From NCBI GenBank assembly GCA_040005235.1, contig JBDTZG010000019.1, forward strand, positions 32,144-96,143: a stretch of 64,000 nt of DNA, written 5' to 3'. Made by a program: the position numbers and the translations under genes. Below, in pieces: positions 17,405 through 24,895 of the stretch; position 1 is the stretch's first letter, and every line of letters starts with the position of its first letter. The notes under the pieces are model-generated. The model worked only from the letters and a program-made list of their open reading frames with translations. It was not told the DNA's origin and made no database searches. The DNA is from Acidobacteriota bacterium. Lineage in GTDB: Bacteria; Acidobacteriota; Thermoanaerobaculia; Multivoradales; UBA5704.

Positions 17405-19363
17405 ATGCGTACCTACGAGGATTTCGAGCTGTGGATCTCCGCCGAGGGGGAGGGTGCCGGTTATCGCGTTCGCGCCAAAGAGGCGGGGGAGTCGCGGTTC
17501 GACTTGGATGTGGAAGACCTCCGCGAGAAGGCACGATGTCTTGCAGAGGCTTTCGGGGGAAGGGATTCCCTCCAGGCCAAGACCCTCAAGGAAGCGAAGG
17601 ATTTCGGGAGCGTCCTCTTCCGAGCGATCTTTCCTCTGCCGATCTACGGCAAGTGGCGGGAGGCCCGAGCGCGCAGAGGTTTCACGAAAAAGAGCGTGCG
17701 CCTAAGCCTCCATTTCGATCGAGCCGGTTCTCTCGCCGGCCTTCCCTGGGAACTTTTGTTCGACGGCGAACGATTCTTCTGTCTCTCAGCCGAAACGCCG
17801 ATCGTTCGCCATCCCGAATTTTCGGCCTCGGCCGAGACCTCTCCCGCCAGACGGCCTTTTCGATTGCTGGCGGTTCTCCCGGAGCCGCTTCGGCAGGAGG
17901 ATTTGGACGGTCACGGTGAGCTTCTGGATCTTCAAAAAGAGCTGGCCGCGAGGATTCAAGAGGGTTCGGTCGTCGTCGAGTCGCTTGAGAAGCCGAGCTT
18001 TCGCGGCCTCTTGGAGCGGCTCAAAGCGGATCCTCCGGTTCAGGCTCTCCATTTCGCCGGACATGGTGAAGCCCTTCCCGAGTTCGGCGACGGAGCGTTG
18101 TGCCTGGAGAGAGAGGGACGGGTTCGCTATTCCGATTCGGTGCCGGGTTACGCTCTGGCTCCGATCCTCTCCGACGCCAAAGATCTGCGGTTCGTCTTCC
18201 TCAACGCGTGCGAAGGCGGTCGCAGCGCATCGATCGAGGATCCGGGAAACCTCGCGCACCGCCTCCTCGAAGCCGGCGTGCCCGCCGTGCTGGCTTTGCA
18301 AACTCCGATCGGCAATCGGGCGGCCAAGATCTTCAGCCGGATTTTTTACCATCTGTTGGCCAAGGGTTGCCCTCTCGAAGAGTCGGTCGCCGCCGCGCGG
18401 CAAGCCCTGCAATCCGGAGAGTTCGGTCTCGCCTGGGCTTCGCCCGTGCTGTATCTACGGTCATCCATCGGCCAGGTCATTCGGCCAAAGTATTCTTGGC
18501 GGCGAATCATCCTTTTCGGATCGGTATTGATCATCGCGCTCGGGATTGCGCTGGCTGCCTTCGAGGGCAGGCGAATCTACGAACGATTGATCCATGCCGC
18601 ACGGCCTCATTCGCTGGCACGTCGTACCGCGGATCCCGCCTGCCCTTCGCCGCGCGGTCTCGACTTTGCGTTCGTGAAGATCCCAGCCGGCGAATTCAAG
18701 ATGGGCGCTCCCGCTCGACGCGGGGATCGCTCAACGGAGCGGCCGGCGCACGAAGTAAAGATCACAGAAGGATTTTGCATTGGTGGGTACGAGGTCACCG
18801 AGGCCCAATACAACGCGGTGCTCACCGGAGAAGACGCCCCGACGAGCCCCGGCTTCGACGTGCCGAAAGTCAGCGTGACGTGGAACGAGGCCCACGACTT
18901 CGTGGTGAAACTGAACGAGCGCGATCCTGGAGGGTACTACCGCTTGGCGTGGGAAGCGGAGCTCGAATATGCGGGCCGCGCCGGAAGCTCAGCGGCATTC
19001 ATCCGCGGTGACAAGGAGGAGGATCTCAAATATCAGGCCAATTGCCTGGACACTGACACTGAGGATGGCTACCCTAAGATCGCGCCCATCGGCTCGTTCG
19101 GTCCCAACAAATGGGGCCTTTACGACGTGCACGGCAACGTCGGAGAGTGGGTCGCGGATCGGTTCGCCCCTTACTCTCCCGATGGTGAGCCGTTGATCGA
19201 TCCTCAGGGGCCGGCCACGGGAACCGATCGGGTGCGGCGGGGAGGAAGCTTTCGGACGAACGCAAAGAACTGCGCAGCGTGGAGCCGGAAGTCCTCAGAA
19301 CCCGGTCGCCGAAGTGACGACCTCGGTTTCCGGATTGCTCGCTCGCCGAAAGCCGGCGCCTAG
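17405..19363 (+). CDS. CHAT (caspase-like) domain + TM helix + FGE-sulfatase/SUMF1 domain protein
   Basis: LPWELL, LHFAGHG, VFLNACEG, WASPVLY; TM IILFGSVLIIALGIALAAF; GEFKMG, YEVTEAQY, PNKWGLYDVHGNVGEW, RGGSF, LGFRIAR. Confidence 0.88.
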   Translation: MRTYEDFELWISAEGEGAGYRVRAKEAGESRFDLDVEDLREKARCLAEAFGGRDSLQAKTLKEAKDFGSVLFRAIFPLPIYGKWREARARRGFTKKSVRLSLHFDRAGSLAGLPWELLFDGERFFCLSAETPIVRHPEFSASAETSPARRPFRLLAVLPEPLRQEDLDGHGELLDLQKELAARIQEGSVVVESLEKPSFRGLLERLKADPPVQALHFAGHGEALPEFGDGALCLEREGRVRYSDSVPGYALAPILSDAKDLRFVFLNACEGGRSASIEDPGNLAHRLLEAGVPAVLALQTPIGNRAAKIFSRIFYHLLAKGCPLEESVAAARQALQSGEFGLAWASPVLYLRSSIGQVIRPKYSWRRIILFGSVLIIALGIALAAFEGRRIYERLIHAARPHSLARRTADPACPSPRGLDFAFVKIPAGEFKMGAPARRGDRSTERPAHEVKITEGFCIGGYEVTEAQYNAVLTGEDAPTSPGFDVPKVSVTWNEAHDFVVKLNERDPGGYYRLAWEAELEYAGRAGSSAAFIRGDKEEDLKYQANCLDTDTEDGYPKIAPIGSFGPNKWGLYDVHGNVGEWVADRFAPYSPDGEPLIDPQGPATGTDRVRRGGSFRTNAKNCAAWSRKSSEPGRRSDDLGFRIARSPKAGA

Positions 19364-19776
19364 CCGTGCCCGCCCCCCTCGCCCGGTTCTGACAGCTCCA
19401 GCAGCACGCCCCCGGTGCTTTTCGGGTGGACGAACTGGACCAGCGCGCCGCCCGCGCCGCGGGTGGGCTCGGGGCGTAGGACTTGGAAGCCCTGCTCGCG
19501 CAGCCGGGCGTCGTCGGCTCGGACGTCGTCGCTCGCCAGGCAGACGTGGTGGATTCCGGGGCCGCGCTTTTCGAGGAACTTGCCGACGATCGTGTCGGGC
19601 GAGAGCGGCTCCAGGAGCTCGATCTTTGTCTCGCCGCAGGAGATGAAGGCGACGCGCACCCCTTCGTCCGGCACCTCTTCGATCGAATCAACGGTAAGCC
19701 CCAGCGCCTCGTACATCTTGCGCGCCTCGGCGATCGAGGCGACCGCAATGCCGATGTGGTCGATCTTGCCGATCAT
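19360..19776 (-). CDS. mce: Methylmalonyl-CoA epimerase
   Basis: IDHIGIAV, KIELLEP, KFLEKRGPGIHH, FVHPKSTGGVLLEL. Confidence 0.9.
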   Translation of the reverse strand: MIGKIDHIGIAVASIAEARKMYEALGLTVDSIEEVPDEGVRVAFISCGETKIELLEPLSPDTIVGKFLEKRGPGIHHVCLASDDVRADDARLREQGFQVLRPEPTRGAGGALVQFVHPKSTGGVLLELSEPGEGGGHG

Positions 19777-20771
19777 TCTTCCTCCGCGGCGGCGCTCTCG
19801 ACCACGCCTCGAAACAGCCGCTCCGCCACCAGGTAGGGATCGACCCGCTCGGCGAAGCCCGCTTCGACCGCTCGTTCTACACCGACCACCCGGTCGGCGG
19901 CGGCGATCACCCGCTCTTTCAAGATCGTCTCGACCCGCAGGCGCAGGTGCGACAGGCGCCGGGCGGCGAGGTTGCCGCTGGTGCTCAGAAATTCGCGGTG
20001 GCGCTCGATCGCCGCGATCATCGCGTCGAGCCCCTCGTCGCGGCTTGCGACGGTGCGGACGATCGGCGGCACCCACTCGCCGTGCTCGCCGAGAGAGAGC
20101 ATCATCTCCAAATCGCGCTGCGAGCGATCCACCCCGTCGCGGTCGGCCTTGTTGATCACGAACACGTCCGCAATCTCCATCAGCCCCGCCTTGATCGCCT
20201 GAATGTCGTCGCCCAAGCCCGGCACGGTGACCACCACGACCGAATCGACGCTGCGGACGACATCCACCTCGTCCTGGCCGACGCCCACGGTCTCGACCAG
20301 GATCCAGTCGAAACCCGCCGCATCCAGCAGGTCGATCGCGTCGCGCGTCGCGCGGGCCAGGCCCCCCATGTTGCCGCGGGTCGCCATCGAGCGGATGAAC
20401 ACCCCCGGGTCGGTGTAGTGGCCCTGCATGCGAATCCGGTCGCCTAGCAAGGCGCCCCCGGTAAACGGGCTGGTCGGATCGACCGCCAGCACCGCGACCG
20501 TCTCGCCGCGCGCGCGCAGGTGGCGGGTCAAGCGATCGACCAGAGTGCTCTTCCCCGCGCCCGGCGGGCCGGTCATGCCGACGACGCGGCCGTGGCCGGT
20601 CTGCGGATAGAGCCGGGCGACCAGCTGACGCTGATCGGGTCCGCCGTCTTCGAGCAGCGAGATCGCCCGCGCCAGAGAGCGGGGCTGGCGGGTCAAAAGC
20701 CGTTCGATCAGGGCGTCGAGATCTTGCGGACCCCGCGCGCGCACCGGCCGGTGCGGTGAATCCGGCGTCAT
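19773..20771 (-). CDS. meaB: Methylmalonyl-CoA mutase-associated GTPase MeaB
   Basis: GMTGPPGAGKST, AVDPTSPFTGGALLGDRIRM, ETVGVGQDE, GDDIQAIKAG, NKAD. Confidence 0.92.
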   Translation of the reverse strand: MTPDSPHRPVRARGPQDLDALIERLLTRQPRSLARAISLLEDGGPDQRQLVARLYPQTGHGRVVGMTGPPGAGKSTLVDRLTRHLRARGETVAVLAVDPTSPFTGGALLGDRIRMQGHYTDPGVFIRSMATRGNMGGLARATRDAIDLLDAAGFDWILVETVGVGQDEVDVVRSVDSVVVVTVPGLGDDIQAIKAGLMEIADVFVINKADRDGVDRSQRDLEMMLSLGEHGEWVPPIVRTVASRDEGLDAMIAAIERHREFLSTSGNLAARRLSHLRLRVETILKERVIAAADRVVGVERAVEAGFAERVDPYLVAERLFRGVVESAAAEEE

Positions 20772-21919
20772 CCCTGACCTTTGAGCACGCCGCGGGCGAT
20801 CACCAGCCGCTGGATCTCACTGGTCCCCTCGCCGATGGTGCAGATCTTCGCGTCGCGGTAGTACTTCTCGGCCCGGTAATCCTTGATGAAGCCGTAGCCG
20901 CCATGAATCTGCACGCCGCGCTCGGAGCAGAACACGGCGGCCTCTCCGGCGTAGAGCTTCGCTTCCGAGGCGAGCTGCGAAAACTTCTGCCCGCGGTCGT
21001 TCGCCTCGGCCGCGGCGAAGGTGAGGATCTCGGCCGCGGCGATCTTGGTCGCCATCTCGGCCAGATGGAACTGCACCGCCTGAAACGACGAGATCGGCTT
21101 GCCGAACTGCTCGCGCTCTTTGGAGTACTTCAAGGCCGTCTCATAGGCGCCGATCGCGGTGCCGAGCCCCAAGGCCGCGATCGAGATCCGGCCGCCGTCC
21201 AAAATCGCCAGCGCCTGCTTGAACCCCTCGCCGGGTGAGCCGAGCAGGTTTTCGTCCGGCACGAAGCAGTCTTCCAGGATCACCTCCGTCGTGTCCGAGG
21301 CGCGGATACCGAGCTTGTTCTCCTTCTTCCCCGGCCGGAATCCGGCCATCCCCTTCTCGACCACGAAGGCCGACATGTGGCTGCCGCGCTTCGCCTCAGG
21401 GTGGGTGACCGCCATGATCACGAAGGTATCGCCCACCGAGCCGTGGGTGCAGAACGCCTTCGACCCGTTGAGGACCCAGCCGCCGTCCACTTTCTTACCG
21501 TTCGTCCGCGCGGCGGCCGCATCCGACCCGGAGCCCGCCTCGGTCAACCCCCAGGCGGCAATCTTCTCGCCGCTCGCGAGCGGGGTGACCCAGCGCTTCC
21601 GCTGCTCTTCGTTGCCGAACTTGTAGATGTGGTTCGTCCCCAGCGAGTTGTGGGCGGCGATCGAGATGCCGACCGAAGGATCGACCTTCGACAGCTCGGT
21701 GATCACCAGCACGTATTCGAGATAGCCGAGCCCCGCGCCGCCGTACTCCTCCGGGAAGATGACCCCCAGAAAACCGAGCTCGCCGGCCTTCCGGATCACC
21801 TCGCGCGGGAACTTCTGCTGCTCGTCGATCTCATCGACGATCGGGTCGATCTCGCGCAGCGCAAACTCGCGCGCGGTGTCCCGAATCTGAACCTGCTCGG
21901 CCGAAAGGGCGAAATCCAA
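20768..21919 (-). CDS. Acyl-CoA dehydrogenase
   Basis: PEEYGGAG, GLTEAGSGSD, LNGSK, KLGIRAS, LDGGRI, REQFGKPI, GEGTSEIQR; TTG start with AGGAGA RBS. Confidence 0.92.
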   Translation of the reverse strand: MDFALSAEQVQIRDTAREFALREIDPIVDEIDEQQKFPREVIRKAGELGFLGVIFPEEYGGAGLGYLEYVLVITELSKVDPSVGISIAAHNSLGTNHIYKFGNEEQRKRWVTPLASGEKIAAWGLTEAGSGSDAAAARTNGKKVDGGWVLNGSKAFCTHGSVGDTFVIMAVTHPEAKRGSHMSAFVVEKGMAGFRPGKKENKLGIRASDTTEVILEDCFVPDENLLGSPGEGFKQALAILDGGRISIAALGLGTAIGAYETALKYSKEREQFGKPISSFQAVQFHLAEMATKIAAAEILTFAAAEANDRGQKFSQLASEAKLYAGEAAVFCSERGVQIHGGYGFIKDYRAEKYYRDAKICTIGEGTSEIQRLVIARGVLKGQG

Positions 21920-22152
21920 GGTCTTCTCCTGATCTCCCGGCCAGCGGGCGGAAGCTGAGACTCGGGCGGTGGAGCCCGTCCCGCGATAGAGCGGAGATGC
22001 TATCGCGCGGCCAACGACAGCGCCAACCCCAGCGAAACCCGGACTCCGCCGAGACGATGACCCGAAATTCGCGCCGTTTGCCGCAACGCCGCGGGAACGC
22101 CTGCGCCGGCCTCTCCCGAGCGGCAATCACGGCAGAATAGCCACACTCGCAG

Positions 22153-22158
22153 TAAAAT
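22153..22158 (+). promoter_or_regulatory. Candidate -10 box immediately upstream of the 20-bp array
   Basis: TAAAAT in a GC-rich context; no convincing -35. Confidence 0.35.
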
Positions 22159-22160
22159 AT

Positions 22161-22340
22161 GCCGTCCCTGCGGCGGGGAACGCTTCCCTGGTCCAGAGAT
22201 CTGTTCTCCAGACCAGAGAATCATTCTCTGCCGCAGAGAATCTTTCCCTGCATCGAAGAAACATTCTCTAGAGTAGAGATAGAATCTTTGTACCAGAGAG
22301 TCATTCCCTGAGCCAGAGAACCGTTCCCCGCGCCAGGGAG
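22161..22340. repeat. Array of nine 20-bp palindromic units (consensus NNN-TTCYCTG-NNN-CAGRGAA)
   Basis: Exact 20-nt register, e.g. tcaTTCTCTGccgCAGAGAA, tcaTTCCCTGagcCAGAGAA, acaTTCTCTAgagTAGAGAT. Confidence 0.9.
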
Positions 22341-22383
22341 CGCTAATATCCACGCCATCGCCCCTATCGGGAGGAGAGCGCCG

Positions 22384-22749
22384 ATGTCCCACGGAACGTA
22401 CGCTGAACAGCTCGAAAGTTGGCGAATTCTGGTCAACAACCTCGAATCGAAGATCGATAACGTCCCCCAAGCCGCAGCCGATCGTGCCGAGCTCCGAAAG
22501 CTGACCGACGAGGTGCAAAGGCTCTCCGCAGAAATCGAGGTCGCCAGCGGCCAGCTCCGAATCCTCACCGACCGCCGCCGCAAAGCAGCCCATGCTGCCC
22601 GCCAGAAACGCCTCCTGATAGCAGCCCACCTCCAGGGCCACTTCGGATTCGACCACCCCGGCCTCCTCTCCTTCGGCATCGAACCCCGAGCCCGGAAGAG
22701 GCGGGCCAAGAAGGCGAAGCCGAGTGGGGAAGGGACTCCAGCCGGATAG
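22384..22749 (+). CDS. Hypothetical 121-aa helical/coiled-coil protein with basic C-terminal tail
   Basis: GGAGGAGAG RBS; heptad-like helices; GHFGFDHPGLLSFGIEPRARKRRAKKAK. Confidence 0.8.
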   Translation: MSHGTYAEQLESWRILVNNLESKIDNVPQAAADRAELRKLTDEVQRLSAEIEVASGQLRILTDRRRKAAHAARQKRLLIAAHLQGHFGFDHPGLLSFGIEPRARKRRAKKAKPSGEGTPAG

Positions 22750-22856
22750 CGCCCCGCCTCAGGTGTGCTCCTCCTGGGACCGGGCATGTGAAGCCGAGAG
22801 GGGAAGGGACTCCAGTCGGCTAGCTCGCCGCCTCAGGCGTGCTCCTCCTGGGACCG
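22716..22856 (+). repeat. ~67-bp direct repeat (period 74) duplicating the 3' end of the 121-aa gene
   Basis: GAAGCCGAG.GGGGAAGGGACTCCAG..GG.TAGC...CGCCTCAGG.GTGCTCCTCCTGGGACCG at 22716 and 22790. Confidence 0.8.
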
Positions 22857-22918
22857 CCGGCGTCTCGCCGGCGCAACGCCTCAACGGCGACAGGCGCCGA
22901 ACGCGGCCAGAAGCGGCG

Positions 22919-23143
22919 CTAAAAGCCTCGGCGTAGCCGGATACCTTCCGGTTGCGCAGCGTAAGCCAGCGCGGCAAGCATTTCGTCGCGGGTCAGGTCG
23001 TATTCCTTGGCCACCTCTTCGAAGGCCATACCGCCGCCAAGCTTGCCGATTACCAGATCCACTGGAACTCGAGTTCCCTGGATCACCGGCCGCCCGAAGC
23101 GGACGCTTTCATCGACGCTGATGCGGGGGGCGATCTGGATCAT
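22919..23143 (-). CDS. DUF433-family antitoxin
   Basis: RISVDESVRFGRPVIQGTRVPVDLVI...EEVAKEYDLTRDEMLAALAYAA. Confidence 0.85.
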   Translation of the reverse strand: MIQIAPRISVDESVRFGRPVIQGTRVPVDLVIGKLGGGMAFEEVAKEYDLTRDEMLAALAYAAQPEGIRLRRGF

Positions 23144-23354
23144 GGGGAGAAGAATAGCTTGCCCGCGGGAAGGCTGTTCCTGGGACCGCCGAGCACCAGC
23201 TCGGCATCGAAGCGGCGAAAGCGCCCAAAGCAGGTGAGCGGGTGCTCGGCTGGTCTATCTGGTCTCAACCCTCGATCCGCCAGAGGCCAAGAGGCCGGCT
23301 TCCACCTTCGAGTAGCAGGTTCGTCGCCTCCAACAGCACGACGCGCGGACTGCA

Positions 23355-23471
23355 TTACCTCGTGGTGAGAACGTCCATCTGCTCTGCGAATCGATTTGGA
23401 CGGGCGGTCGAGTAGTCGAACCGGTACTCGGCGCGCAGCTCGTCGTCGGTGTCAGCAGCTACCTTCTTCAT
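23355..23471 (-). pseudogene. Truncated antitoxin-like ORF (38 aa)
   Basis: Manual translation MKKVAADTDDELRAEYRFDYSTARPNRFAEQMDVLTTR; resembles the N-terminal half of BrnA-like antitoxins but lacks the C-terminal DNA-binding half. Confidence 0.5.
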
Positions 23472-23479
23472 AGCGCTGC

Positions 23480-23764
23480 TCACCAGGTCACGCCCTTCTT
23501 CTCTACCGGAAACAGCTTCCGTTCCGAGAGCCGGTCTTCATCCAAAACTCGAATCAGGTATTCGCCGGTCTCCTTCTGCTCTTCTGCATCCCCGTGGTTG
23601 ATCCACGAGTCGAACAATGCCGAGAGCGCAGCGGCTCGGTTCTCTACCGGTATTTGGCTCTCGAGGAGGGTTAGTGTGTACTGCTCAACCGGCAGGCCTT
23701 GGTCGGCGGCGAGTTCGGTCAGGCGTCGCTCCAGACTAGGAGTCAACTCAAGAGTAAGGGTCAC
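23480..23764 (-). CDS. Putative antitoxin (RHH-like N-terminus)
   Basis: MTLTLELTPSLERRLTELAADQGLPVEQY...EEQKETGEYLIRVLDEDRLSERKLFP; GGAGGT RBS with GTG start. Confidence 0.65.
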   Translation of the reverse strand: MTLTLELTPSLERRLTELAADQGLPVEQYTLTLLESQIPVENRAAALSALFDSWINHGDAEEQKETGEYLIRVLDEDRLSERKLFPVEKKGVTW

Positions 23765-24277
23765 AGGACACCTCCGAAGGGCGGATCCCAATAGCCCGGT
23801 CGATTCTAGACCAGCGCGCCGCCCCCTGCCTCAAGATGCTGCGATTTTAACAGGCATTGGCGGAGGCTAGGTCCCATCGTCGCGGCTTTCCCCGGGACCG
23901 CCGAGCACCAGCTCGGCCCGGTCGTCGAGCGGCCTCCTGTGCCGAACCGTAGGCCTACCATTTCGCTTCCATATCGCCAGCCCTGGGACCGCCAGCTTCC
24001 TCGCTGGCGCTTCGCCCCGCTCGATTCTAGCAGTCCTTGCCGGAAGCCTGGGCGGTTGCTGCTTTCTCCCGAGGCCGCAACCGCTCGGCACCTGGCAGCG
24101 CCCCCATCCTGGCCTTCCCCCGGCTCCAACCGGCCCCCTCCCCGGGGGAAGGGACGCTACGTTCGGCGGCGGTGGCCGATGAGGCGAAAAGCAGCCGAGC
24201 TGGTGCTCGGCGCGCCCGGGGAGAAGCTCCCTTCGGCGAAAGACTTCGGCTCTGCGGGTCGTTGGTGCGCCCTCGCC

Positions 24278-24892
24278 CTACCGCCCACCCACCCAATCCA
24301 GCACCCCCCACCCCAACTCCCCAAACAACGCCTTGACCGCCGGCAGCGGCAGCCCGACCACGTTGGTGTAGTTCCCGTCGATCGCCTCGACGAACAGCGC
24401 TCCCAGCCCTTGGACGGCGTAGGAGCCGGCTTTGTCCATCGGCTCGCCGGTCGAGACGTACCAGGCGATGGTTGGGGCATCCATGGGCGCCATGCGGACT
24501 TTGGAGAGGGTGAGGCTTGAGGCTTCGCGCAGGGCCGGCTCGGCCGCGTGCAGGAGGGCGACTCCGGTGTAAACCTGATGCTCGCGGCCGGCGATCTTGG
24601 CGAGCATCTTCTCTGCGTCACTAGTGTCGGTCGGTTTGCCGAGCAGCTCTCCGTCGAGGACGACGACGGTGTCCGCCGCGAGCGCCAGCTCTCCGGGTTG
24701 GACGACGGCCGCGGCTTTGGCTTTGGCTAGGCGGAGGACGTAGGGACCGGGTAACTCGTTGGGGAACGGGGTTTCGTCCAGATCCGCGGGGCGGATGGTG
24801 AAGGCCAAGCCCAGCCCCAGGAGCAGCTCGCGGCGGCGGGGGGAGGCGGAGGCTAGTACGAGGGGCGGGAGAGGGGTTTTGTTGGCGGTCAA
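24278..24892 (-). CDS. maf: Maf-family nucleoside triphosphate pyrophosphatase
   Basis: LVLASASPRRRELL, AADTVV, LGKP, GEPMDKAGSYAVQG, NVVGLP. Confidence 0.92.
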   Translation of the reverse strand: MTANKTPLPPLVLASASPRRRELLLGLGLAFTIRPADLDETPFPNELPGPYVLRLAKAKAAAVVQPGELALAADTVVVLDGELLGKPTDTSDAEKMLAKIAGREHQVYTGVALLHAAEPALREASSLTLSKVRMAPMDAPTIAWYVSTGEPMDKAGSYAVQGLGALFVEAIDGNYTNVVGLPLPAVKALFGELGWGVLDWVGGR

Positions 24893-24895
24893 GGT

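Larger units (their letters stand above)
22847..24219. repeat. Cluster of REP-like elements (CCTGGGACCGCCGAGCACCAGCTCGGC family)
   Basis: Copies at about 22847-22872, 23179-23205, 23892-23917, 23982-24008 and inverted at 24194-24219; each has an internal hairpin. Confidence 0.75.

Noticed and set aside
19200-19363. FGE-domain C-terminus as a diversity-generating retroelement variable region, given an RT in the window
   Set aside because: I found no template repeat. The RT is 43 kb away, sits in an element starting GTGCG and has group II intron motifs.
22161-22340. CRISPR array
   Set aside because: Units are 20 bp with only 3-nt variable linkers, there are no spacers, and no cas genes are adjacent.
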